From the IMG/VR virus record IMGVR_UViG_3300027754_000045, positions 32,001 to 96,000 of that record: DNA of 64,000 nucleotides; one strand, written 5' to 3'. Shown one piece after another: positions 11,176-21,470 of this stretch. The position numbers and the translations under genes were made by a program. Positions within the stretch are counted from its first letter, which is position 1; every line of letters begins with the position of its first letter. The notes under the pieces are model-generated. The model was not told where the DNA came from. It was given only the letters and a program-made list of their open reading frames with translations, and did not search any database. The DNA is from a virus.

Positions 11176-13587
11176 ATGAGCAATTTTTATTCTAACAGTA
11201 CATTTAATATTAATTCCTTAGGTTTTGGTTTTGGTGCTACGGGACCAAAAGGACCTACGGGACCAACAGGTCCTACTGGACCTACTGGACCAACAGGCAA
11301 TAGTGGTATAGGATTAAAAAGAATTGATACATGGGTCACTAAAAATAATTCAGATTCAGTTACTATTGTTCTGTCTGACGAAACAAGTATTACTATTAAT
11401 GGTTTGTCTGGAAATTCGTCAGATTTTGATACTAATCTTTTTAATATAATAGGCAGTACTGCAGTTAGGTCATCATCAATAAATATTAATAGTAGTGTTT
11501 CTGGCTCTACTGCTTATTTTACTCCTTTGGCGGGTTTTGGTGAAATATCTCTTAGTAAAATATCAAACGATTTAGTTTTTCACGGAACTACTGCAACATC
11601 TGGTATCACTAATGTTATATTATACTCTAAGGGTAATACTTTAGCAAGTTTAATTGATTCTAGTGGAAATAATACACTATTTAAATATAATATTAATACT
11701 TTTGGTTCTACGACAAATTCTGTTGCAATAGCAAATTTATCTTCGTTTTTATTAAGAACATCTACTACAGGAATAACTAATCATAACGCAACAGCATCTT
11801 TTACTTCTGGAATTACTGGTATAGTTTCTAATTTTACCGATATGTCTGTTTACAACACAACTATTAGTAGTCAGGCTGTTGTGAGTAAACAATTTTATCA
11901 TAGTTCTAATCAAGACGTTAGATCTATTGTTAATTCTGCTGGTGAAGTACAGAACAGCGGAATAACTTCTTTTTTCAATACTATTTTTGCTAATATTTCT
12001 CAAGGAATTTCGTATGGATTTAGAAACTTTGGATCTTGTTTTTATAAAGGATGCAAGTGTTTAGACTACGCAACAAAAGAATATTGTGACACAATTGGCG
12101 GAACATTTTCCTCTTCTTCTCTATGTAGAGATATTGTGGGTAGTAGTCCTAATTCAACTGGTTCTTGTTGCCGAGGAATAACTTGCGTTAATACAACAGA
12201 AGCACAATGTGGTTTTGTTGGTGGTCACTGGGGTGGAAATAATACAAATTGTGCTGGAGCTTTTTGTGGAGGAGAGTTTACTCATATTGCAGCTGGATAT
12301 GATCATGCTGCTGTGGTTTATAAAAGTCCTAGTAATATAAATTATTTAATTGGCTGGGGACGAAATCTTGATGGTCAATGTAAAGGAACAACTTCCACTA
12401 ACGGAATCATTGTTAGTGAATCTGAAACAGCAATTCAACCACACGTAATAAAATTAAAGGGTCAATTTTTATCTAATATTAAAGGGGAAAGTTTGATATG
12501 CAGCGATTCGAAGACTGCGGTTATTAGTAATGATGGCAACATTATTATGATTGGAGGAAATACCGAATTAAGCCAGGCAAAGCTGAATCCAAACACAACA
12601 TTTGGTAGATCAATATATGGTACGTTAAATAGCAGTGGAACTCCTAATCTAGATCCTGGTTGCGTTAAAATACACGGAATTACAATAACAAATCCTACAC
12701 AAATTTCAATGTGGCACACAACTCATGCATTAATGCCTGATAAAACAGTTCGTACTTGGTGTGATCAAGGATATCAAGATGGTGCTTATAATGCAAGCAC
12801 TATGTTTGGTGTTAGTGGTAGAGGAGGAGGGCCTAATGGATTAACTGGATTTACTGCAGATTATGTTTATGCTGGACCATATGCAACATATTTTGCTCAC
12901 CAAAATGGAATGACGCATACTACGGTTTTTAACGAAACACCAGCGCAGTGCGATGGAAACCGCTTTGCCGTTGCTGGAGATAGATTGCAAACAAAAACTT
13001 GTGCAGGAGATGTTGCTGCTCCAGCATTTTATTATAATAGCGTTAATAATTTTCCTGGTTTATCTTTCGGGATACCTCTAGAATATTTTGGTAATAGTAA
13101 TGACTTGAAAGGAGTATTCAGAGTAAAACAATTTGTTGCTTCACGATCACAAATAGTTTGGTTGTCTTATGATCCTAGTGGTTCAACGAATTGGACTTAC
13201 ATCCAGAATCACCAAAATAAACCAGGAATGAAAGGACATTGTGGAGATGGGCGTGATGAGTCAGACAACGGAATAACATATGATGGAGATATTGCTTTTA
13301 CAAAATTAGCATCAGGAGCTTATCACATAATTGCCTTAAAGAATGACGGAAATATAATAGTATATGGAGAAAATGATTTGGGGGAATCTACTATTTCAGA
13401 TGAAGCGGACGAGGCTTCTAGAATTCGTGGAGTAAAATTTATAGATGTGGCTGCTACAGCTCATAATACATTTGTTCTTGGAGAAGACAGCATAATATAT
13501 GCTTGGGGTGATCCATTAACAAATTTAATTCAGAATGTGCCAAAAATAGAAGATATTCCAGCAATATTTAACAGAAGTCTATCATGA
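11176..13587 (+). CDS. Collagen-like fibre protein with Cys-rich repeats and RCC1/BLIP-II-like beta-propeller
   Basis: GPT repeats; GSCC...C..VGG.WGG.NT.C; IAAGYDH..GWGRNLDGQ, LASGAYHIIALK.DG.I..YG.N..G and IDVAA..H..VL..D..IYAWG. Confidence 0.65.
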   Translation: MSNFYSNSTFNINSLGFGFGATGPKGPTGPTGPTGPTGPTGNSGIGLKRIDTWVTKNNSDSVTIVLSDETSITINGLSGNSSDFDTNLFNIIGSTAVRSSSININSSVSGSTAYFTPLAGFGEISLSKISNDLVFHGTTATSGITNVILYSKGNTLASLIDSSGNNTLFKYNINTFGSTTNSVAIANLSSFLLRTSTTGITNHNATASFTSGITGIVSNFTDMSVYNTTISSQAVVSKQFYHSSNQDVRSIVNSAGEVQNSGITSFFNTIFANISQGISYGFRNFGSCFYKGCKCLDYATKEYCDTIGGTFSSSSLCRDIVGSSPNSTGSCCRGITCVNTTEAQCGFVGGHWGGNNTNCAGAFCGGEFTHIAAGYDHAAVVYKSPSNINYLIGWGRNLDGQCKGTTSTNGIIVSESETAIQPHVIKLKGQFLSNIKGESLICSDSKTAVISNDGNIIMIGGNTELSQAKLNPNTTFGRSIYGTLNSSGTPNLDPGCVKIHGITITNPTQISMWHTTHALMPDKTVRTWCDQGYQDGAYNASTMFGVSGRGGGPNGLTGFTADYVYAGPYATYFAHQNGMTHTTVFNETPAQCDGNRFAVAGDRLQTKTCAGDVAAPAFYYNSVNNFPGLSFGIPLEYFGNSNDLKGVFRVKQFVASRSQIVWLSYDPSGSTNWTYIQNHQNKPGMKGHCGDGRDESDNGITYDGDIAFTKLASGAYHIIALKNDGNIIVYGENDLGESTISDEADEASRIRGVKFIDVAATAHNTFVLGEDSIIYAWGDPLTNLIQNVPKIEDIPAIFNRSLS

Positions 13588-14960
13588 GTATAAAAGGAAA
13601 TAGTATAATTACGGCAGGAACTTGCGGTTCTGTTGGACCAATTGGTCCTATTGGAAATACAGGTCCAAAGGGATCATTTAATTCTGCTACAGGTGGAATA
13701 GGTCAAACAGGAGCATATATTGATCAAGTTATTTCTGATTTAGAAAATAATACTATTACCTTTTATAGTTCTGATCAAAGAAATTGTATAAGTTTGTTTG
13801 GTTTTACTGGCTCAGAAACAAATACCTCAATTATCAGAGGTGTTTCTTCCTATATTAATCCTTTATATTTTTCTGCCTTATCTTCTATTATTGGTGGTTC
13901 TACCTTTGAGTTTTTTGGAATTTCTGGATCTGGTACAATTTCTGCGAATCTTTCTGCAGATAATAGAGAAATTTTATTATCAAGATCAGTATCATTTCCT
14001 AATATTGTATACGGAAACACCTCGTCAAATTTAATAATATACACAACACCTAGTTTTTCAGCAACAACTACTAAAATTGGTATAACTGGTGGAACCACAA
14101 ATCCAATTTTATATTTTGGATTAACTGCTCATAAAGGAGCAACCACAACAGACATAAATGTGTATTCTGATTTTACAGAATCTTATTATGAAATTAATTT
14201 TGGAATTACGTTGGGGTATTCTACTTCTGGTATCACTAATGATTCTGTTATTGTTGGAAATGATAATGGTGGATTAATACTAGACTTGAAAAATTACACA
14301 ACATACAAAATAAAAACCCCAATAGGAATTACTTCTATAATAGGCAATAGCCAATCAAACACATACCAATTTTACACCTTATTTATTGACGGTGCAGATG
14401 TTTGGAATTTTCCAAAAAATGTTAAATTTGATACAAGACAAAGTGGAATTAGTGGTCCTTGTTTTCTAGACGGAATGAATATAGTTAGTCTGTTTAGTAA
14501 TGATGGAGGAAGTAATTGGTTTGCTTCATTTGTTGCTAAAGGTGTCGGTGATTCAAACCTAACATACGATTATTCACAAATTGGTAGATGTACCAAAGAT
14601 GGTGTTTGTTTAGACCAACAAACAAGATTGTCGTGTAAAAACAATACTGGAACATTTGAATCTATGAAAATTTGTGACTCTAACGTATCTCATTGTGTAT
14701 TAGATTCAGTATGCAGCACGGATGAAGTAGAAACTAGTGTTTGTATAAGTCTTGGTGGTACTCCAGTAGCAAATTGTCCTGCTGCATTTAAAATTCTAAA
14801 TCCAACTTCAGTAACAATTGTACAACCAGAAACGTATAATATTACAGAAAAATATGTAACATATAAAAGAAATACAAAAAATAAAAAAATAAATAATAAT
14901 TGTGTTAGTATATGTTGTGATGGAATAGAACAATATTGTCAAAGCTTAGGAGATTGTTAA
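13584..14960 (+). CDS. Collagen-like, Cys-rich fibre protein
   Basis: GSVGPIGPIGNTGPKG; W.FP.NV.F...G.NI.SL.S.DGG.NW domain; Cys-rich tail. Confidence 0.6.
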   Translation: MSIKGNSIITAGTCGSVGPIGPIGNTGPKGSFNSATGGIGQTGAYIDQVISDLENNTITFYSSDQRNCISLFGFTGSETNTSIIRGVSSYINPLYFSALSSIIGGSTFEFFGISGSGTISANLSADNREILLSRSVSFPNIVYGNTSSNLIIYTTPSFSATTTKIGITGGTTNPILYFGLTAHKGATTTDINVYSDFTESYYEINFGITLGYSTSGITNDSVIVGNDNGGLILDLKNYTTYKIKTPIGITSIIGNSQSNTYQFYTLFIDGADVWNFPKNVKFDTRQSGISGPCFLDGMNIVSLFSNDGGSNWFASFVAKGVGDSNLTYDYSQIGRCTKDGVCLDQQTRLSCKNNTGTFESMKICDSNVSHCVLDSVCSTDEVETSVCISLGGTPVANCPAAFKILNPTSVTIVQPETYNITEKYVTYKRNTKNKKINNNCVSICCDGIEQYCQSLGDC

Positions 14961-14961
14961 A

Positions 14962-16200
14962 ATGAGTATTCAATTTAGAGCAAGAACAATAACAAAAACT
15001 CTCGATAGTTATAGCCCTACTGTTTTAGAATCTGACATTGGGTGTTGTTGCCGAAGTACTAAAGCCACAAGTAATCAGTCATATCTAAGATCAAAATGTA
15101 TTTCTTCTGGTGGATATTTTACAAATGCTACTAATTGTGATGATTGTGATGATGATACTACTGCAGCATGTCCTGCCGCATTTAACTTTCTTTCTAATAA
15201 TTCAGGATCTTGTTGTTATTCTTATAAAGAAAATAATATATATTATTTTAATTGTGTAAATAAACAATCTGATATTGAGTGTTTAAATATTCACGAAGGA
15301 CGGGAAGAAGGTATTAAATATAAATTTACACCTAATAGTAATTGTGAAGATAATTTGCCTTGTACAATGAATAAACAATTAGGAAATTGTTGCACACAAC
15401 AATTAGACAATTCTGTTTTGTGCTCTATATCTCAAAGAAAACAGTGTAGTGGTTTTTGGTCTCGTAATGATTATATTCAATCCTGTTCTGGATCTACTCA
15501 TTGTAATGGCGTATATTTTTCTGGAGTTACCGCAGAAAGATCTTCAGCAATTGCTGTTTTGTCAGAACTACAATTATCAAATAATCCTATAGAAAAATTA
15601 CCAGAACCAAACAGCATTTATCAAGGAGGATTATATGTTGGAATATTTGTTCCTGGAACACCAATAAACTCGATAGGATCTAAAGTTTTTGGAAATCCTT
15701 TATCTGGTATGCCCAAAGAATACACAGCAAGGGGGAATACTAATAAAACAAAAACCTCTAGCTGGATATTAATAGCAGCACAGCAAGATTTCCCAGTTCC
15801 AAAAAATTGCAAAATGAGTTCAATTACACTTAACAATTCCTCTTACGACGGAGCATTTAATACAAATAAATCAACTTACGTAAAAGATGATTTGTATGAT
15901 AAAGTTAAAAATTTTTCATATAATGGATTTAATGATTGGTATATCCCAAGTCAGGACGAACTAGCATTTTATGCCAAAACTACAGTTAATTATAGTGATA
16001 TACCATATTTTATTAAATTTCACGAATCGTTATATCTGTCGTCTACTGTATATTCTGAAAACCAAAATCAAAGCTTTAAGAGTAATTATTTAGTATATTC
16101 ACAGAATTTTAATAAAGAAAATTATGGAGAAGTTTCTCTTGTTTCAAGAAATACTTTTGTAAATATTCGTCTTTTTAGAAGAATTTATTTAAAAAATTAA
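14962..16200 (+). CDS. Cys-rich virion protein with C-terminal DUF1566/Lcl-like (C-type-lectin fold) domain
   Basis: GCCC/GSCC/GNCC repeats; YQGGLYVG...NGFNDWYIPSQDEL...YLSST...IRLFRRI. Confidence 0.6.
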   Translation: MSIQFRARTITKTLDSYSPTVLESDIGCCCRSTKATSNQSYLRSKCISSGGYFTNATNCDDCDDDTTAACPAAFNFLSNNSGSCCYSYKENNIYYFNCVNKQSDIECLNIHEGREEGIKYKFTPNSNCEDNLPCTMNKQLGNCCTQQLDNSVLCSISQRKQCSGFWSRNDYIQSCSGSTHCNGVYFSGVTAERSSAIAVLSELQLSNNPIEKLPEPNSIYQGGLYVGIFVPGTPINSIGSKVFGNPLSGMPKEYTARGNTNKTKTSSWILIAAQQDFPVPKNCKMSSITLNNSSYDGAFNTNKSTYVKDDLYDKVKNFSYNGFNDWYIPSQDELAFYAKTTVNYSDIPYFIKFHESLYLSSTVYSENQNQSFKSNYLVYSQNFNKENYGEVSLVSRNTFVNIRLFRRIYLKN

Positions 16201-16225
16201 CATATATAACGTAGGAGTATATATT

Positions 16226-16813
16226 ATGGGATGTAATTGTAATAAAAATAAATCTTTACAAAACGTCAATACAAACAAAATTAATATGGAAAATGTAAAT
16301 AAAGAAAATAGCAGTCCTATAGAGTTTCGTAAAGAAGCAATAAATGATAAAAAAACTATTTCTGATAAAATAGGAATGGTTAAAAGTTTCTCTAGGGCTA
16401 TAGTTAGTAGAGGATTTAATAACGAAAAAATAAACAAACCAACAAAACAAATAAGAGCTTTGAGTTGTTTTGGCAATTTACAATCTGGAGGAGAACTTCC
16501 TCCTTGTGAGTTTTTAAAGAACAGCCAAACACCGAATAAATTTTTCTGTGGTGGATGTGGTTGTGGCGACAAACCACAAACTTGGTTGACTATTGAAGGA
16601 GAAGCTTATAGTAAATTAGATTATCCTAAACTATCTTGTCCATTAAAGATGCCTGGATTTTCTAATTACGAATCTAGCGCACCAGACGAACAAACCGTCC
16701 CAATAACCAGGAGATATTACATAGAGCAAATTAATTTTGAAGAAGTTTTGAAGGTGTATGTTACTTCCCCCGATCCAATCGTAGTTCCAGACCAACAACC
16801 AAAATCAGAATAA
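16226..16813 (+). CDS. Cys-rich hypothetical protein, possibly metal-binding
   Basis: MGCNCNK, SC, PC, CGGCGC and CP motifs; AGGAG RBS upstream. Confidence 0.6.
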   Translation: MGCNCNKNKSLQNVNTNKINMENVNKENSSPIEFRKEAINDKKTISDKIGMVKSFSRAIVSRGFNNEKINKPTKQIRALSCFGNLQSGGELPPCEFLKNSQTPNKFFCGGCGCGDKPQTWLTIEGEAYSKLDYPKLSCPLKMPGFSNYESSAPDEQTVPITRRYYIEQINFEEVLKVYVTSPDPIVVPDQQPKSE

Positions 16814-16829
16814 TGAAAATTTATATTGC

Positions 16830-16837
16830 CATAAATA
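16830..16837 (+). promoter_or_regulatory. T4-type late promoter variant (CATAAATA) for gp13
   Basis: Intergenic, followed by an AAGGA RBS and ATG 16853. Confidence 0.6.
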
Positions 16838-16852
16838 GTATAAAGGAACCCT

Positions 16853-17653
16853 ATGGCAACACCAATATCAAGAGAAACTCTTATAGAATACAGCTTTAGA
16901 CAACTTGGATCTCCTGTTGTAGAAATCAATGTTGACTGGGAACAATGCGAGGATCGTCTAGATGATGCTCTTCAGTATTTTACAGAACGTCATTTTGATG
17001 GGGTAGAAAAGGTATTCTTTAAATATCAACTAACTGCAAACGATTTAATAAACAAATATATTCCAACAGAAGATATTACTTCTCCAAACGAAGCTGACGG
17101 ACCTACTGGAAAACAAATTGTGTCTATTGTTAAGGTTATGCAATTTGGAATGTTTGCTAATATCAATATGTTTGATGTTCGCTATCAACTAGCATTATCA
17201 GATTATTTTGGTGTGAATAGAAATCTTGGTGGTAATGCTTCTATGGGTCTTGCTGCTTATGATTCAACAAAACGTTACATTAAACTTATTGAAGATCTGT
17301 TTCAGCCAGAAAAGGCATTAACCTTCAGTAAAGTAACAAATAGATTATATTTAGATATGAAGTGGAGCAATGAAGTTAAGGTTGGTGATTGGCTAGTAAT
17401 TCAAGCATATGCTGCATTAGATCCACAAAAATTTACAGAAATATTTAATGATCGATATCTTAAACGATATGTTACTGCATTAATTAAACGTCAATGGGGA
17501 GCAAACATGTCTAAGTTTGATGGTGTTGCTCTTCCAGGAGGAATTGTGATGCGTGGTGCACAAATTCATTCGGAAGCTGTTAGCGAAATTGCTGCAATAG
17601 AACAAGAAATGATTCATAATTATGAACTTCCAGTAGATTTTATGACGGGTTAA
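16853..17653 (+). CDS. gp13: Neck protein gp13
   Basis: LG.PV.EINV...Q.EDR.DDALQYF.E.HFDG; LIKRQWG.N.SKF.GV.LPGG. Confidence 0.95.
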   Translation: MATPISRETLIEYSFRQLGSPVVEINVDWEQCEDRLDDALQYFTERHFDGVEKVFFKYQLTANDLINKYIPTEDITSPNEADGPTGKQIVSIVKVMQFGMFANINMFDVRYQLALSDYFGVNRNLGGNASMGLAAYDSTKRYIKLIEDLFQPEKALTFSKVTNRLYLDMKWSNEVKVGDWLVIQAYAALDPQKFTEIFNDRYLKRYVTALIKRQWGANMSKFDGVALPGGIVMRGAQIHSEAVSEIAAIEQEMIHNYELPVDFMTG

Positions 17654-17654
17654 C

Positions 17655-18602
17655 ATGGCAGTAAATCCATATTTTAAAAAGGATTATTCTGGTCAACAAG
17701 ATATTGTTGAAGAGCTTACTATAGAAATAATTAAAACTATGGGAAGAGACATGATTTATATTCCCAGAAATATTTTAGAAACTGATCTTTTGTTTGGGGA
17801 AGGCAATATTGTTAATTATAATACTGGTATTCCGTTAGAAATGTATATAGATTCTGTGTCTGGTTTTGACGGTCAGGGAGATATTTCTACTAAATTTGGA
17901 ATAGAAATTAAAGATAATATTAATTTAACTTTATCCAAAAAAAGATTCAATCAAGAAATTACAAATTCTTTCTCGCAAATAACAAGACCAAGAGAAGGTG
18001 ATTTAATATATTTTCCATTAGCAAAGGCTTTATTTGAAATCAATTTTGTTGAACACGAAAATCCATTTTATCAATTTGGAAAATTATTTTGTTACAAATT
18101 AATATGTGAGTTGTTTACTTATAATCAAGAAGAAATTTCTACAGGCAATACAGATATAGATAGTGTTCAGGAAGAACACCAAGAAGCTATTACTATACTA
18201 CAATTAACCAATATTTCTGGTCAGACCTTATCATTATATCAAGGAGAGACGATATATCAAGTAGACGGTATAACTGGAAATTTGGCAACAATTGATAAAC
18301 AAACTATGACAGCAGTTGTTCTTTCAAAAATGCCTTATTTAAGCGGAAATACAGCATCTATAGAAATAAGCAATATTAATGGAACTCTAAAAACTTCTAA
18401 TGTATTTACGCAAACCATCAAAGGAAGTTCTAGTAATTTAGAATTTTATGCAACTTCCAAAACTATTTCACAATCAATTGCAATCAAAAATAATATTGGT
18501 AATGTCTTAGAAGGTGATAACGATATTCTATCACTAGAAAATGAAATTAAAAATGTTATAAATTATTCAGAAAAAGATCCATTTTCAGAAGGTAAATATT
18601 AA
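17655..18602 (+). CDS. gp14: Neck protein gp14
   Basis: G.D..YIPR, RPREGDLIYFP, FEI.FVEHENPFYQ.GK, ELF.Y, C-terminal DPFSE. Confidence 0.95.
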   Translation: MAVNPYFKKDYSGQQDIVEELTIEIIKTMGRDMIYIPRNILETDLLFGEGNIVNYNTGIPLEMYIDSVSGFDGQGDISTKFGIEIKDNINLTLSKKRFNQEITNSFSQITRPREGDLIYFPLAKALFEINFVEHENPFYQFGKLFCYKLICELFTYNQEEISTGNTDIDSVQEEHQEAITILQLTNISGQTLSLYQGETIYQVDGITGNLATIDKQTMTAVVLSKMPYLSGNTASIEISNINGTLKTSNVFTQTIKGSSSNLEFYATSKTISQSIAIKNNIGNVLEGDNDILSLENEIKNVINYSEKDPFSEGKY

Positions 18603-19282
18603 TGTTTACTCATTTTAAAAACGATTCAATTAGGAAATTAGTTGTCGGATTTGGTAATTTGTTTAATGGTATTATTATCGAACAAATTAATGCAGACAAT
18701 AGTAAAAGAATGTTTAATGTTCCTTTGTCTTATGCTACAAAAGAAAAATTTATAAAACGATTGACTGATAATAGTTCTATTACTGATACTACACGTATAG
18801 AGATTGGTGTACCTCAAATGGCATTTGAGTTACAAGGAATGGTTTATGATTCTGCTAGAAAACTAAATAAACTTTCTAAAAAAATTAATATTAGCTCTAA
18901 TTTAAATACAGCTGGTGTTTTGTATAGTGAAGTTCCTTATAATTTTACATTTAATGTTTATGTTTATACTAGAAATATAGAAGATAATTTACAAATATTA
19001 GAACAAATTTTACCACATTTTTCTCCTGAATTTATAATTTCTTTAAACATGAACGAACTTAATACTTCTGTAGATATACCGATTGTTCTTGTTGAAACGA
19101 ATTTGTCTCAAAATTCTGAAGGAAGTTTTGATGACAGGAGAAATATTATTACTACTTATCAATTTTTGGCGAAGTCTTATATATATTCTGGAATCAAAAC
19201 AGATCAAACTATTAGAGATATACAAGTGACTACTAAAAATTTACCATTTACATTCACTGATACGTTTGGTTTGACTGGATAA
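18602..19282 (+). CDS. gp15: Tail terminator/sheath stabilizer gp15
   Basis: IRK.VV.FG.LFN, VPLSY..KEKF, QI.EQILP.F.P. Confidence 0.93.
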   Translation: MFTHFKNDSIRKLVVGFGNLFNGIIIEQINADNSKRMFNVPLSYATKEKFIKRLTDNSSITDTTRIEIGVPQMAFELQGMVYDSARKLNKLSKKINISSNLNTAGVLYSEVPYNFTFNVYVYTRNIEDNLQILEQILPHFSPEFIISLNMNELNTSVDIPIVLVETNLSQNSEGSFDDRRNIITTYQFLAKSYIYSGIKTDQTIRDIQVTTKNLPFTFTDTFGLTG

Positions 19283-19285
19283 AAA

Positions 19286-19726
19286 ATGAACGATGATATT
19301 ATCTCAAAATCTTTAGGGTTATCCTTTTCTGGTGCAACAGGAGACATAGTTGCAGTTTCTTCAAAAAATTTAGGAATTGAAAATGATTTTGATTATGCTC
19401 GTGAAAATATAAAATCATTAATTAATAATGGTTCTGATGCAATAGACGAAATTATAAAAATAGCAAAGGCTGGAGACAACCCAAGAGCGTTTGAAGTTGT
19501 AAGTCTTTTGTTAAAAACTGTAGCAGATATGAACAAAGATCTTATAGATCTTTATCAAAAAACTAAAATTGCAAAAAAAGAAGACGTTACTGTTAATAAT
19601 ACTACCAATAATTCTATATTTGTTGGTTCTACAAGCGAATTACAGGATTTAATTAACAAAGATCGTAGTAGAATTAAATCGACAAACAGTCAACATTTTT
19701 TAGAAAATAATAGTGATGGGAAGTAA
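19286..19726 (+). CDS. gp16: Terminase small subunit gp16
   Basis: DFDYAR.N...G..A, PRAFEV, NN.IFVGST.ELQ. Confidence 0.9.
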   Translation: MNDDIISKSLGLSFSGATGDIVAVSSKNLGIENDFDYARENIKSLINNGSDAIDEIIKIAKAGDNPRAFEVVSLLLKTVADMNKDLIDLYQKTKIAKKEDVTVNNTTNNSIFVGSTSELQDLINKDRSRIKSTNSQHFLENNSDGK

Positions 19727-21398
19727 AAAAAAACACGGATATCTTGGTAATCCTAATTTAAAACAAATTAGTACTGAAGTAGAATTTACCAAAGAACAAG
19801 TTGCCGAGTACATGAAATGTGCAAATGATCCTATTTATTTTATTAAAAAATACATAAAAATTGTTACTTTGGACAAAGGATTAGAACCATTTGAACTTTA
19901 TGATTATCAAGAAAAGATGGTTGAAACGATTCAAAATAATCGATATGTTATTGCAAAGCTTCCACGCCAGACAGGAAAAACTACAACAATTGTTGCCTGG
20001 TGTGTTCATTACATTTTATTTAATCAAAGCGTAAATGTTGCTATTTTGGCTAATAAATTAAAAACTGCATTAGAAATTATGAAGCGATTGAAAGAAGCAT
20101 ATGAATATCTTCCAAAATGGCTTCAGCAAGGAGTAGTAGAATGGAACAAAACATCTATTCAAATAGAAAATGGATCTCGTGTTATTGCATCTGCTACCTC
20201 TGCCAGTGCGGTTCGTGGTGGTTCGTATAACGTAATTTTTTTAGACGAATTTGCACACGTTCCTTCAAACATAGCAGACGATTTCTTTAGTTCAGTTTAC
20301 CCTACTATTACTTCTGGACAAACAACTAAAGTTATTATAGTTTCTACTCCTAATGGTATGAACATGTTTTATAGTTTGTGGCAAGGAGCAATTCGTAAAG
20401 ACGGAGAAGAAGGAAAAAGTGAATATGTTCCAATTGAGGTTCATTGGGGACAAGTTCCTCTTTATCCTACAGGACCACTTAGGGACGAAAAATGGAAAGA
20501 AAGAACTATTAAACAATTAGGTGGAGGAGCAGGAGGAGAACAGAGATTTCAAAGCGAGTATGAGTGTGATTTTATTGGTTCGTCTAATACTTTAATTTCC
20601 ACATCAAAGCTTCATAATTTGACTTACAAAAAACCAAAATCAAAATCAAAAGAAGGACTTTGGGTTTATGAAGAACCAGAAGAAAAAAAAGCATACGTAT
20701 TGACTGTAGACACATCAAGAGGTCAGGGTAAAGATTATAGTGCAATATTAGTTTTTGATGTTTCTGATACTCCGTATAAAATAGTTGCAAAGTATAAAAA
20801 TAATATAATTTCTCCAATGTTGTTTCCTACTATGATATATGCTTTAGGAAAAAAGTATAATACGGCTTATGTTTTGGTAGAAGTAAATGATATTGGTGGG
20901 CAAGTTGCAGACATTCTTCATTATGATTTAGAATACGACAATGTTTTAATGAGTACTAATAAAGGCAGAAGTGGTCAGGTACTGAATGGAGGGTTTGGAA
21001 AGGGACAAACTGTTTTTGGAGTTCGCACTACTATGCCAGTCAAAAAACTTGGTTGTTCTATACTTAAAAGTTTAATAGAACAGGACAAACTTCTAATTGA
21101 AGATGAAGAAATTATTCAAGAATTATTGACTTTTGTTTCCAAACACAATACTTATGCCGCAGACGATACTCATACTGATGATTTAGTTATGTGTATGGTG
21201 TTGTTTTCTTGGTTAACAAAACAACCATACTTTAAGGACTTGACTAGTGTTGACATTAGAAAAGAACTTTTTGAGGGGGAAATAAAGAAAATAGAAGAAG
21301 ATGATTGGTTTAGTTTTGGTTTTATTTCTAATGTAGACGAAAATATAGACATTTTGCCTACAGAATCAAAAGACGAAGACTTTTGGCATAAACTCTAA
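19716..21398 (+). CDS. gp17: Terminase large subunit gp17
   Basis: YLGNPNLK, Walker A RQTGKTT, Walker B IFLDEFAH, VSTPNG, nuclease VDTSRG..DYS, DDLVM. Confidence 0.98.
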   Translation: MGSKKKHGYLGNPNLKQISTEVEFTKEQVAEYMKCANDPIYFIKKYIKIVTLDKGLEPFELYDYQEKMVETIQNNRYVIAKLPRQTGKTTTIVAWCVHYILFNQSVNVAILANKLKTALEIMKRLKEAYEYLPKWLQQGVVEWNKTSIQIENGSRVIASATSASAVRGGSYNVIFLDEFAHVPSNIADDFFSSVYPTITSGQTTKVIIVSTPNGMNMFYSLWQGAIRKDGEEGKSEYVPIEVHWGQVPLYPTGPLRDEKWKERTIKQLGGGAGGEQRFQSEYECDFIGSSNTLISTSKLHNLTYKKPKSKSKEGLWVYEEPEEKKAYVLTVDTSRGQGKDYSAILVFDVSDTPYKIVAKYKNNIISPMLFPTMIYALGKKYNTAYVLVEVNDIGGQVADILHYDLEYDNVLMSTNKGRSGQVLNGGFGKGQTVFGVRTTMPVKKLGCSILKSLIEQDKLLIEDEEIIQELLTFVSKHNTYAADDTHTDDLVMCMVLFSWLTKQPYFKDLTSVDIRKELFEGEIKKIEEDDWFSFGFISNVDENIDILPTESKDEDFWHKL

Positions 21399-21409
21399 AA
21401 AACTAAAAA

Positions 21410-21417
21410 TATAAATA
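21410..21417 (+). promoter_or_regulatory. T4 late promoter TATAAATA (gp18-gp19)
   Basis: Exact consensus in the intergenic region; gp55 is encoded in the window. Confidence 0.8.
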
Positions 21418-21470
21418 TACAATAAGGCAACAATAATCATTAATTCTAATTTTAAGGAAAATAATTAATC

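Noticed and set aside
9881-13670. GPT/GAT collagen repeats as evidence for the G-x-T motif
   Set aside because: Explained by Gly-X-Y triple-helix periodicity. The sequon argument rests on the non-collagen occurrences.
19286-19726. GATG in gp16 (and GIT twice in the 53352 fusion) as support for the sequon
   Set aside because: These are not mature-virion proteins, so they count as background or counter-examples.
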